Shown: in pieces, positions 33,925-50,760 of the stretch
Layout: each line of letters begins with the position of its first letter
How positions within the stretch are numbered: the stretch's first letter is position 1
Assembly: GCF_009914755.1 (NCBI RefSeq)
Contig: NC_060941.1
Source of the DNA: the human T2T-CHM13v2.0 reference genome, Homo sapiens
Direction: 5' to 3' (one strand)
Length of the DNA: 64,000 nucleotides
Translations under genes and position numbers: made by a program
The notes under the pieces: generated by a model
Told to the model about the DNA's origin: nothing
What the model saw: only the letters and a program-made list of their open reading frames with translations
The model's database searches: none

Positions 33925-35306
33925 TAAGGCACGCTCTGCCATCCTCCCTGCTCCCTACCTGGGCCAGCTGTCAGAGTCAGGATGCAAGGGGATGGGGCTA
34001 CTGAGCCTGGGATGCATCTGAAGACTCTTCTCCTCCAAGTTCCCACCACAAGTAGCCGTGGGAGCTGGCCCTACTTGTGCCCATGGGCTGGCTGCAGGTA
34101 CCTTCTCATTTGCCTCTTTCAAGGACCCCGTGGTGTAAAAGCCCTGCACACTGCATCTCACCAAAGTCTGCCGCTGGGACATTAGTGCAGAAAGAGAGGT
34201 CTGCTTTCTTTCTGACTGCTATTGTATTTGGTTTGAGTTGGACCCCAGGATGGAGGCACTTGGTGGCAGTTAATGCCCTTAAATCAAGCCCAGTAAAACC
34301 TTTCATGCTGCTAATCACTGCACTGTGTGACACTCTGCACCCAGCAGTCTCCAGTGCTCACAGAATCTCTACAAAGGGACTGTGGCCTGCCGAGTGGTGG
34401 GGGGTGGTTGCTGCAGCCATTGGGATGATGTCTAACAAGGTCTTTTAGTGATGAGCACAGGATTCTCCAAAGAGATTTTTGCTGAAATGTCAGGCTCTGA
34501 CACTTTTTTTTTTTTTTTTGTACATTGAAACACGTGTCATTGCTGCAGAACTGTGTTGTCTTCTGGGAACAAACACAGAGGCCCATTGTTTATGCTGCCA
34601 ATTAGGAACCGTGTTTGGCCCCGACACACAAAGGCCCAGTTGTGTTCAGACGGCGGAGGGAAGTGTCTTGGATCTTTCGACACAGGTCTTTGGGCAGAGG
34701 AGCCTAGGCTAGTCACTTACAGGGTTCCAGGGAGCCATTTTCTCCTGCTTGGCTGAGCTGGCGATCTGGCTGGGACCTGGGAGAGTGCAGGTTGCTAGGG
34801 ATGCCACTGGCTCCCATGACATCCCTCCGCTGACGGCTCTCCTGCTGGGCTTTCCAGGGGCTGCCACCCTGGGGTGTGCTGTCCTTGAGGTCATGCAGAT
34901 CTCCTCCTGCAGAGCTGGAGGAGGAAGTTGGGCTTGGAAGAAGCAGCAGGTAAACTGAGCCTGTCAAAGGCTTCCTGGCTGGGCAGGGAAATGTTTGCAT
35001 GCTCCCCATCAACAGGAATCCATTGCCTCCATAGGCTGGTCACAGAGGCAACACAGACCTTCATGAGTAATGCAATCAGTGTCCCTGTGCCCCAGAAAGA
35101 AGCTCTGCCCAGTGGCAGAGGCCCCCCAAATACAACATCAAAACCGCTTTAGTTTGACTTCTCTTAAGAAAGCTAGCCCACTAACTTGGCCTGTTTTAAA
35201 AGTAAAGATTAGTAGAAATAAGATTTCCCCCCCGCCACCAAAAAAAAAATGCAACAGTTGCTACAACCTGCTCTTCAGGGGCAAATTTCAATTGTTAAGT
35301 GGGTGA

Positions 35307-35786
<480 letters not shown>

Positions 35787-37178
35787 TAATGTCTAGTAGA
35801 AGTTTCCTTAAGTAAATTATGGCAAATTCATTTGATAAAACAATATGCCGGCTATGAAAATGATTGCTATAAAGCGCTTACTAAATAGCATGGAAGATTA
35901 TAACGGGAAAAAGTTTCTTGCTCCTAGACTAAACGTGTTTCTCTTTTCCTCACAGAGTAATTCAAAACATCTTGTAAAACCATGAGCACATCTATAGATT
36001 TTTAAAAATTATGCTACGATATGAGTCTGGAAGGAAACATTTTTAAATGTTAACATAAGCTTCTTTGAGGGGCAATGTAATATTTTTCTTACTATCCTTC
36101 TATATTTTCTACATTGTTTCATAGCGAGTGTGTGTATTATTTTATAGTTGGAAAGAATAGAATAAACAAACAAGCGGTGGCTGAGATGACAGGATAGGGC
36201 AGGAATTCATTTTCTAGCCTCTCCCTCGTTCCAGTGGCTGGCTATGCCCCTGGTCTGACAACTGGCAGCTGGAGACCCTGCCCAGGTTATGAGAGGTGAA
36301 CACCCAGGACCTCTTGGCCAACTCCAGGTTATACCAGATGTCAAGTTTAGAGGTTTGGCAACCTCTGAATTTCACTAGTTTGGGTTTGGAGTTTTCCCCC
36401 GACTTCTGGCTAGGGAGGTACACACACGCACACACACACACACACACACACACGAATCTACACATCTACACATCTCAACACGAGAGGCGCCCTGTAGGAA
36501 CAGGCCATGTGGCACCTTGCACAGTCCCCTTGAAGGAAGCTGGACTCCTTGGTAGATGCTGTAATCTCAAATCTCCAAGGGACACTGGCCCTGGAAGCCT
36601 AGCTGCTGATGAGACAGGTTTTGGTGATAATCCCCCGAGTCATGCTTTCCAAAACAAAGTCTTTGTTCCAGGGGCGACTGTGAGCATCAGTACAAGGCAC
36701 CTCCCAGGAGATTCTTCCTGTTAGTCCAAGGGCAGAACCTGTCTCCAGGTGGAAGGGAGCACACTCAGGTCCCAGGAGATTGGCAACACTGTGACTGGCT
36801 CCAGGTAAAGCTGCCCTCATTCCCAGTGCATCAACTGACTGACATCTGGGGCTTGGGCAGCTGCATTAAGCCAGTGAATTTCTCTCCTTGGCCCTGCTCC
36901 TCAGATTACTCAACCTGTTGCTTTTAACAAGAATTGCAGCTGAGTGTCTGAGATTAGACTCGTTCCCAAATGACCAACAAAAAGAATCTGCTTCCATTGC
37001 CCAAACCGGCTCCTTCACCCTTGTGTATACAGAACCCTGAGCCTGGAGCGCTGGCCCCTCCCTTGTTCCCCTGATACACACCCTCCTCTTCAGTTCTAGT
37101 ACCATCTTCATGGCACCTCCCCTGACATCCACACGCAGAGGGAACCCAGTAATGTCTGGTACAGAAAGTCACGCATTC

Positions 37179-38062
<884 letters not shown>

Positions 38063-38530
38063 AGAAAGTCATACATTCACCCAGTAAGTATTTACTGAAG
38101 GCCTGTTACACGCCGCACACTGGGGGATGCGACAGTGAGCCAACTGATACAGTCTGCTCAGGCCAAATCAGCTGGGCACTTAATAAAGCGGCCAAAAGGA
38201 AATGACTGGGGACCCAGCCCCACTGTCGGAGCACGGCAGGCAGCTGAGCCAAACGTCACAACATCTGGGATAACAGAGTGCGGAAATATCTTGGTTGAGA
38301 CTGGGTTGAGGAGCCCTTGGGTTGACTTGAATCACAGGCTGAAGTGGTGTGAGATTTGTTTAACCAAACATTCCTAAAGGCAAACTATCATCTGACTGTT
38401 CACCAACTCCCCTCAGCCCTCCTAATCCTGCTCTTGAAACTGTCACTCACCTGGGCTCCTATGTGGAGCCACTTTGACACCCCAAGTCTCCTGCCCTTCA
38501 GTTAGCAGCCAAGTTCGTGTCTCTCTCTAA

Positions 38531-38924
<394 letters not shown>

Positions 38925-39748
38925 TCAACAAACATTTATTAAACACCTAACATGTGCCAGCCACTATGCCAGTGCTAAGACACAGTAACAACCAAAAGGG
39001 CAAGTGCAGAACCCACTGTGCAGTGGTAGAGACGGGCATTAACTAGGGCTCCCGTGTAAATGGAGATGAGAAAGTTGATAGAATAAACGCATGGATGAAT
39101 GAATGAATGGCCCGTTGTTTGTACTGTCACATGACCCCTGCTCTCATCCACCCTACAGATGCTGCTGGGATAGCCATCCCCTACTACAGCTTTGCTCTTG
39201 CCACTTCCTGCCTTAAACCTTCAGTGGCTCCCTACAACACACTAGATTAAGTTCTAATTCCCTAGCCTGGTGGCTCTCCATGCTCTGGTTCCAAACCCCC
39301 TTTCTAGTTTTGTTTCCTTCTAACCTTCTAGGGATGACCTACATACTAATCTAACTATTGCTGTATCTGTTTGATTTGCCTGTCCAGAAAATGTACTCCC
39401 AATTCTGATGTTGAAATCTTACCCATCTGAGGGAAGGGAAGTATATAGGATGATGGGAGGTGGTGTACAAGAGTCACATCCTCATTCTCTAGAGTAGGAA
39501 GTCATGATGTTAAAACAGGAAAATCAAGAAGGAAGAGGGTGAGCATATTATTTAGAAACATTAAGGTAAATGGCGGAAGAAACAAAAAAGGATTTGAAAG
39601 TAGTTGACTCCAGGGGTAGAAATTCAGAGTGAGGAGGCTTGCAGGGCATAAGACTGGGTTTTGTTGTCGTTGTTGTTGTTGTTGTTGTTGTTTTGCTTGT
39701 TTTATTTCAAAATTAGTAATATGTAGTTGTCTTTTAAAACTATATACA

Positions 39749-40409
<661 letters not shown>

Positions 40410-41699
40410 TTAATGCATACAATATAGCAAGAGAAATATTTAAATAAGAACTAAAAATATTAAAAGAGGTAATGTGTATAAAGTGCATAGCTAATGTCTG
40501 GCTTGTAATAAGCAAAGAAAAATAAGGTTATCATTACTTTTGTCTTTTCTATAAATTCTGTTGTATGCTAGGCTTCTTCAGGTTTTACCACATCACAACC
40601 CCGTGACAGCTTCCTAACTCACCTCTTAGCCTTCAGTGTTTCTCTCCCCATATCACACCATCCTGCCTGTCCATGGCATATTCATCTTCCTAAGACTATT
40701 TTTATTTTGCAATCCCTGTTGAAAGACTACAAAGGTTTCCTACTGTGTGTTAGGAGAGTGGTAGCTGCTATAACAAACAAACCCAGACTCTCAGTGGACT
40801 TACCTAACACATGTGCACTTTTCACTCATCTGGTGTTCCTGGTTTTTAGGAGATGTTTCCCCTCTTGAAGTTTAGGGACATGGGCCCTTTTCCTTTTGAG
40901 GCTCTTCCATCTACTGGGTCCTCTGCATCCAGGCAGGAGAGGGCACAACTGCCTCTCAATTGCCCAAGAAGAGAGAGCACAACTGCCTCTTAATGGCCTT
41001 AGCGTGGACATGAATCACATCACTTCGGCTCACATTCCTTTGTCCAGAACTGGTCACATGGCCCTGCCCGGAAAAGAAGGAGTTCTGGGAAATGTAGTCC
41101 TGGCTGGATACAGATGCCCCTTCTCAGTGGGAACTCACACTGGGGAAGTATAGTATGGATTTAGGTGGAGCCATCTCTTCCACATTCACCACCTGCAGAA
41201 TCACATCCAAACTCTTAGCTCAGCCCAGTGGCTCTCTTTCTTAGCCAAACTGTTTGGATTCTGCCTCCTAACAAGAGCCTTCTGTAGTTACCATAACCAG
41301 ATCTTGATGTCATCTCTAAGTTCTGTACATTTGATGGGACGCATTCCATCCATCTCAACACGGTGGAGCTTTTCAAGTGCAAATGCCATCTCCTCTTTGA
41401 AGACTTTCTCTTTTTTGTAGCCATCCACTGATCGAATTACTGGAACTGAATAGAGTTTGAGTTAGATGGGACCTTAGTTATAGAGTCCAATCCCACTGGT
41501 ATAAGAAAAAGGGAATTCACCCAGGAAGGTGAAGGAAATCCCAAAAACATGGCATTCCTAGCAAACCGATGCCCCTACCTTGCCAAGAATCCAGCCAGAA
41601 CCTGAAAAGCCATGACAGGTCATGACGCCATGAGTTTGAATTGTTTGTGATGCGAATGAGCCCAGCTGACCTCATGGCATTCGGTTTCAATGTGGATTT

Positions 41700-42186
41700 G
41701 TTGGATAGGAGCCAGCCTCCAAAATGGCCCCAAGGAGTTCCACCTCCTGGCACTCACACCTGGTGTGGTCCCCTTCCACACTGTGCCATGGTTGGTCTGG
41801 GTGGCCAATGGCATCAGGCAGAAGTGGTGTTCTTCTGATATTCAATTAGGAAGGACTTTGGCTTCAGCCATGGTGCTCTCTCTCTTGCACTCCTCACTTT
41901 GGCGTGAGCCGTGTCATGAGTGGCCCTGTGGAATGGTCCCTGTGGCAAGGGACTGAAGCCTCCTTCCCACAGACATGTGAGTGCCCCCGGAGAAGACACT
42001 CCAGCCCGGGCACATCTTTGGAGATTACAGACCAGGTTGACAGTTTGACTGCAACCTCACGAAAGACTCACTCTGCAAGACTACTCCTGGATTCCGGATT
42101 CTCAGAAACGGTGTGAGGCACACACGTTTGTTGTCTTAAGCTGCTAAATGTTGGAATAATTTGTTTCTCAGCAACAGATAACTAAA
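41700..42186 (+). mobile_element. MLT1 (E/F-like) MaLR LTR
   Basis: cagcctccaaaatggcccc...taagctgctaaatgttggaataatttg..cagcaacagataactaa. Confidence 0.75.
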
Positions 42187-42306
42187 ATTCCTTTTCATTG
42201 TCTACTCACAATCAAGCGTGCATTTTGGTTTACTTGGGAGAGGGAAAAAATTAAAATTATATAATACATTAAAGATTTTTTTAAATTGAGTTCTACAAAA
42301 GTCTCA

Positions 42307-42703
<397 letters not shown>

Positions 42704-42711
42704 CTACTAAG

Positions 42712-42881
42712 GTAAAAGAAAAAGAGAAAGAGGAAAGAAAGGAGGAAGGAAGAAAATATGATGGATGGAAGGAAGGAGGGAGGGAGGGAAGGTAGATAGA
42801 AATGAAAAAAAGGAGGGGAGAAAGGAGAGGGGGGAGGGAGGAAAGGAAAGGACAGGAAGAGGGAAGGAAGGAAAGAAGGAA
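42712..42881 (+). repeat. Purine-rich (GGAA/GGGA) low-complexity tract
   Basis: Read directly. Confidence 0.9.
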
Positions 42882-44189
42882 CCCTATCGATTCCTTTAAA
42901 GCCATCTTGGATCCCATATCCCTTATGGAGCGTTCCCTGACCCACCCTCACATCTAATACCTGGATGTGATTTCTCCTCCAGCACATTGATATTAACTTT
43001 CTTATGACATTAATCCATTTATCTAAATTCGTTAATTTAACAAAAATATTTATGGAGCACCCAGTGCCAGCTCTGTTCTAAGTGCCTGAAATACATTAGT
43101 GAACAAAATGCACAAGGATCTCGTACTGGTGAAGCTGACAACATTACGATAAACCAGAAACACAGTAAGAAGCAAATGATAGATTATGGAAAGTGATGTT
43201 ACAGAAAAGAGAACAAGGAGAATGGGGAGGTAAAATTGTGTCTACCTTTTTCACACTCTTGCTCCAACCATCAGTGGCTCTGGAGGGAGGACAGGAGGGG
43301 TGGCCAGGTTAGCTTGGAAAGGCTGCAGGGCTTTGCCAATGCCAGATGCTTGCAAATATTTGCTCAATTAACGTAAGAGTGAAGGAGCTAGTCTTGGAAT
43401 GAGGAGTTCACTCGGAGGGCAAATCCAAAAGTTACTGGCTGTTGACACAAAGCCCTGCTTCTAGTTTATCACCAGATCTATCACCCAAAGTGGGGCCAGA
43501 GAAGCCCATCGGGGTAACAGCTCACGAGCAATCCTTTCCATGAGAGTCCGCAGCCTGACCCACCTTTTCTGTCTCCCTGGTACACCAGGTTGCCAGTTTC
43601 ACAGAACTGGACCGAAGCAACCGCAGCGCCCCCAAAACCATCTGCCCAGTATCACAGGGCCCAGATAAATGAGGCTGTTTTCAGTGCCTGAGACCCCCCG
43701 AACAGGTGACATCCTCATCGCAACTTCATCAGTCATCTCCGGTTCCACACCCAGATGCTCTCCACAGATTTCCACCCCTGAGTCTTCTAGGGATAGAGTC
43801 AATGGAAAGAGAGACCTTTGCAATGTCCAAATACTGACCAAGGCTGGCCTCCGAAACATCGAAAGTGTCACTTTATGATTCAGACCCAAAGACACAAAGG
43901 GAAATGAAACATGCCTTCCACAGTTTAGATATGTGGTCCTATATACTTTGGAGGCTGGAATTTGCTTTAATAATAGGCAAAGATACAAGGTGTATGTTTT
44001 TCTATTAGGTTTAATACACCACAAACAGTAATTTCACAGCAATGCTATTAATATAAAATAAAACAATAACTTGTACTCAATACCTAGAAGCAGAACTTCA
44101 GATCTAGAAGAAATCTTAGACCACTTTCAACTTCACCAAAGAAATAAAGAAGACTGGGTATATGTCCTCCATTTTCCACAGACCACTCC

Positions 44190-44340
44190 CCAACACATGC
44201 ATGCATGCACACACACAAGCTCACACACGTACACACACACAAACACAAGCACTCGCATGTACACACACAAACACTTATGCACACACACTCACATGTAAGC
44301 ACAGGCGTGTGCTCGTGAACACATACACGCACACATGCAT
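44190..44340. repeat. Degenerate (CA)n tract
   Basis: Read directly. Confidence 0.9.
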
Positions 44341-44634
44341 GTAGACTTACCTGCCTCTGCAGCTGTCTCCATTGCCTCTTGTGGTCTCAGAGATAGAAGT
44401 GATCTTCTCTCTCCCTGCACCATTGACAGGGTCCCGCCTCCACCATGTGCCCAAAGACCTTTCTTATTCCATACTCAACCCCTTTGGAACACCTTCCCCA
44501 CCTGGGTTCCCTCCTCTGGCTCACTATTCTCAGCACATCCACTGCTTGAGTCGCTCCCTTTACAAACAAAACAAAACACTGAACCAAAACCACTTCCTTG
44601 GTCTCATATTGACCTTTAGTCCCATTCCTTCCTT

Positions 44635-45075
44635 TCATAGTGTGAGCGTCCTGGGGTTGCCATAAGAAGTATCACACACTGGGTGGCTTAAGCAACAGAA
44701 ACTTCTTCTCTCCTATTTCTGGAGGCCAGAAGTCCAAGACGAAGGTGTCAGCAGGGCTGGTTCTTCTAAAGGCTCGGAGGGAGAACCTGTCCCAGGCATT
44801 TTCCCTAGGTTCTCACGGCTTGCTGGCAATCTTTGGCGTTCCTTGGCTTATAGAAGCATCACCCCGATCTCTGCCTTCATCCTCACATGGGCTCCTCCCT
44901 GTGTGTGCATCTCTGTGTCCAAATGTCCCCTTTTTAGAAAGGACACAGTCGTACTGGATTAGGAGCCATGCTAATGACTTTGCTTTGACTTAACTCTGTC
45001 TGCAAAGACTATTCCCAAATAACGTCACTTTCTGAGGTGTGGGGAGTGAGGACTTCAACATATCTTTTTGGGGGA
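44635..45075 (-). mobile_element. MLT1 (B/C-like) MaLR LTR
   Basis: ctgggtggcttaagcaacagaaa..tctggaggccagaagtccaag..tctgcaaagactattcccaaata. Confidence 0.82.
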
Positions 45076-45099
45076 CACATTTCAACCCATTACAATGGC

Positions 45100-46740
<1,641 letters not shown>

Positions 46741-46849
46741 GTGAGGAGTACAAAGGAGAAGTCAGAGGCCCAGAAACTTGCCTAAGGTCAAACAATTAGT
46801 GAGCAGTGGAGTTGAGACTCACCCTTACTTTTATTGTAAGGTTCTAGTC

Positions 46850-47525
46850 TCTATTCCAATATTATTATCAGCATAGTGGGAGGACAAAGGCATCAGAATC
46901 ACTTGGGGAGCTGATTAGACATGCAGATACATGGGCCTCATCTGGACCTAAGGTGAATTTGTAATTCAAACAAGCTACCCTGGCGATTCTCATCAACAGA
47001 AAGTTTGAGAACCGACGCCCTGTGCCTTGCTGCTTGTCTGAAAGGCCTCTGTAAATTTATCACATTTTTCTAAGTCAGTTCAGTTGCTATCTATCGGTGA
47101 CAAGCAGGGAGAGCTGAGCCCGGCTTTCTTACATTTTCATTGAAAAGCAATCATTTGTTGGAGTCCTGAAGGTTTTCCCTTTAAGAGTCCATCATTAGGA
47201 TGCAAATTATACGTGTAAAATCAACAGAAATAGGAGGATGGAGTAATTCAGGCACCAGTGTGTGGTAGGAAGTGACTGGGCATGGAGAGGGGTATTATAC
47301 GCAAATACAGCCCTCAAAAAGGTGTCTTTATTACTCTCCTCCAATTTTCATCGCCTCAGAATCATCTGGAGGGCTGGCTAAGATGGAGATACCTGGGCCC
47401 CATCCCCAGAGGTTTCGATTCACTGGGTCTGGCAATGGGGTCTGAGAAGTTGCCCTTCTAACAAGCTCCTAGGTAAAGCCAATGCCGCTGGTCTGGGGGA
47501 ACACACTTTGGGAAACCCTGAGCTA
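46850..47525. mobile_element. Two MER5A-like fragments (~46850-47020; ~47330-47525)
   Basis: catcagaatcacttggggagct..agtttgagaacc; tcagaatcatctggaggg..ttctaacaagctcctaggt. Confidence 0.7.
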
Positions 47526-47641
47526 GTCAACACAGTAATCTGTTTTGCAATAGTCATGGAGATAGGGACGTGATCATCCTGTCTTTCCACTTAAACCCCT
47601 GCACAGATGTGGATCTTGCTACCTTTCTAAATGGAGTTTCT

Positions 47642-47761
47642 TTTTCTTCCCATAGCTTGTTGGAGTACAGGTGGTATTTGGTTACATGAGTAAGTTCTTT
47701 AGCGGTGATTTGTGAGATTTTGGTGCACACATCACCTGAGCAGTATATACTGCACCCTACG
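47642..47761 (-). mobile_element. Very short L1PB-type 3' end
   Basis: ggtatttggttacatgagtaagttctttagcggtgatttgtgagattttggtgcac; TSD AAATGGAGTTTCT at 47629-47641 and 47762-47774. Confidence 0.85.
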
Positions 47762-48319
47762 AAATGGAGTTTCTATTAATAACTCCATTTGATAGAAACT
47801 CCATTTTGTAGGGTGCAGTGTATATTTGAACTAATTTGCCTAATATCTACCACCCACTGATCTCAGGTTGGCTTCTCAGGATTTCAAAGAATATATCTGT
47901 ACCTATTTGCATACAGGAGTTTCAAAAATATCTGAAAAGAGCCATCCTGGCCTGCTTGTCTCTTCTTCCCTGCACCAATCTCTTCTGCTTCTTCAGCTGT
48001 TGGTCAGACTGGAGGATTTCCATCAACAACTGGCTGTATTCTGAGTCAGTCTCTAACTTTGTCGATTTCTTTCTTGCACCCTGGTGCTCAGAACTGGCCA
48101 AAACACTCCATTTGGGATCTGACCAGCTCAGAGTGCAATCTCTTAAACTGGACACTATTTTAACGTAGTGTTGTTGTCGTCTTCAAGCAGTTCACACATT
48201 TAGCCTTGTTGAACGTGTGGTCATCTATAACTAGAATTTTTTACATTACCTTGTATCCAGCTAAGTCTTCTTCATTTGTCCTCAACTAGTTGACATTTTA
48301 ATTTAAGAGACACATTTAA

Positions 48320-48646
<327 letters not shown>

Positions 48647-50540
48647 TATAGATGATCAACTTATACCTTAGTTATAAGGTGGTGGTGGCAGGGCTGATAA
48701 CAGGATGACCAACCCGAAACATGAACGTACCCATTTTTACAGTTGTGCCTGGGGTTCCTACTCATACTTTATCAGTTCAAACAACCACTAATAAGTGACA
48801 CTGCTCTGCAGTCTTAACATTCATGGCCACCATATGCCTCAATGTTTCTGGGTCAACTTTAGTTTCAAACATTATCTCTACTGTCACAGGTCCACATGCC
48901 AAACTATGAGTCCAGTTTGGGGTTCAGAACATATAGTCTCTATAGTTCTGCCTTTTCTCGGTGCTCAGAGTCTAATATCATTGGAGAAGAGGACGATTTT
49001 TGCCTGATTAAACTGAGGGAGGGGGATAAGAAAGGGAACCAAAGACAATGCTAAATAATGTATTTTGGTTCAATTTTCCAAAAAGTGAAGCTCTGCTTAT
49101 CACAATGATTGGTCCACTCTGGTCCACCCAGATACCTGGATTCCTCATTTATGTAGCAGCAGTCTACTTCGTGGGCGCTGCCTATTTTGAAGATGTTATT
49201 TTGCACTCCCTTCTGGAGCATGTGATAATACCTCTACCTTTGAGAAATACAAAAGATGTAGGTTCTCTGCAGTCGAGAATTAAATGAACGTAAATAAAAT
49301 GAATAGACAAGGCAGAAGCCTCCATGTCAGCTCCCTCTGCCTTCAGATCCTTCTAAGGGATGTGGGTTCTCGGGAGGGGAAATACACAACACGATACAAC
49401 AGACATTTGACGACCCTTTAGAGGCTGGTTGTGAATCTGACTACCGGAGGGCTTAAAATATGGCAGTAAGAAGAAAGGAGCTCATGGGACCCTGAAGGGA
49501 AACGAGAGCGGGGAATTTGTCTCTTTCATCCACAGTCGTTTCAAAGCATGACACTTGCGGTAACAAAATTGCATTGCGAAAGTACTAGTGTGTTATTATC
49601 TCCTCTTCAAGACAGGGACACGTAGACAGGGAATGGCCTCTTCCAATACCAACTTCCAAGTAGCACTGCTGATCCTCCACTGAACGATGGGGGAAAAGCT
49701 AGCCTGCTTCTGCGACCTTGCATGAAAATGGAGAAAATTCTTGGTTTCAAAATCTTCTCCTGGCTTGAACCGAAAGTTAAAAAGGGACTTTTCGAATTGC
49801 ACATTGCGCCTGACCTTACCTACCACTAATGAATAATGGATATCGAGGAGCCGTGGAATGGAGGATCACGGCGGCGTACGGAGCACCGGGGAGGAATCGT
49901 GGGGTGCGTAGGCGCCGGAGCGCCCGGGTTCGGCCCGGACCGAAGGCTTGCGCGGTGAAGGTGTGGTGTCTGTGCTCCGGGGAAAGGGCTGTCTCCCCGG
50001 GGGACTGTTTCGCAGCGAGGCTTGTTTTGCTCGCAGCTGGGCGCTCCCTGGGGAGCGACTGAGCGCAAGGGCGGGCCGGGAGGCGCGAGGCGAGCACGAT
50101 GCTCCAGGGCCCCAAGGACTCGTGTGCGTGTGCGTGTGCAAAGTGGGGCGGTGCAGGGCGTGTGCACGGCACGGGCGAGACGCGCGCCGGTGCGGGCGCC
50201 GGGCGCCGCCGGGCGCAATTACAGCATAAAGCCCGGGCGCCGCGGGGCGCTGGCCCGGAGAACCCACCGGACGCGCAGAACCGGATCGGCACCCCTCCCG
50301 CCAGCACCCTAACGCGGAGCCACAGCGCCCAGGGACCGGAGGGCAGGCGGCGGCGGTAAAGGACACCACGCAAGTCTCCACGTAACCCCCCCGAGCAGTG
50401 CAAGCTCCCAGGACTGGCGCGCGTCCCGGCCACTCGGAGCGCGCACCGCTCGCACCCCGGCGCGCTCCCCGCGCGGTGCAGGGAACCACAGCGCGGGCGG
50501 GTATTAAGGGGAAAGGAGGAGGCGTGGCCTGGCCGAGGAG

Positions 50541-50760
50541 CCAATGGGCCGGGAGGGGCGCGCGGGGGAGGAGCTCAGGTGCAGAGTGCCGATTGGCCAG
50601 TTCGCCCTCCGGTATGCAGATACGGTGGGAGTCACGTGCTAGGGGCCGGGACGACTTCCTGTTGGAGGCCAACGCGGGGCGGGGAAGGGGGCGCGAGCGC
50701 CCCGTCTGGCTGAAGCGGGGGGAGGGGGGTTCTTGTCAGTTAGAGCAACAAGATGGCCGC
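50541..50760 (+). promoter_or_regulatory. Proximal promoter motif cluster
   Basis: CCAAT 50541-50545, ATTGG 50592-50596, E-box GTCACGTG 50631-50638, ETS ACTTCCTGT 50654-50662, GC box GGGGCGGGG 50676-50684, YY1/TISU-like CAAGATGGCCGC 50749-50760. Confidence 0.8.

Noticed and set aside
47922-48155. 77-aa minus-strand ORF with protein-like composition
   Set aside because: Non-ATG start, short and not recognisable; at most part of a lncRNA exon
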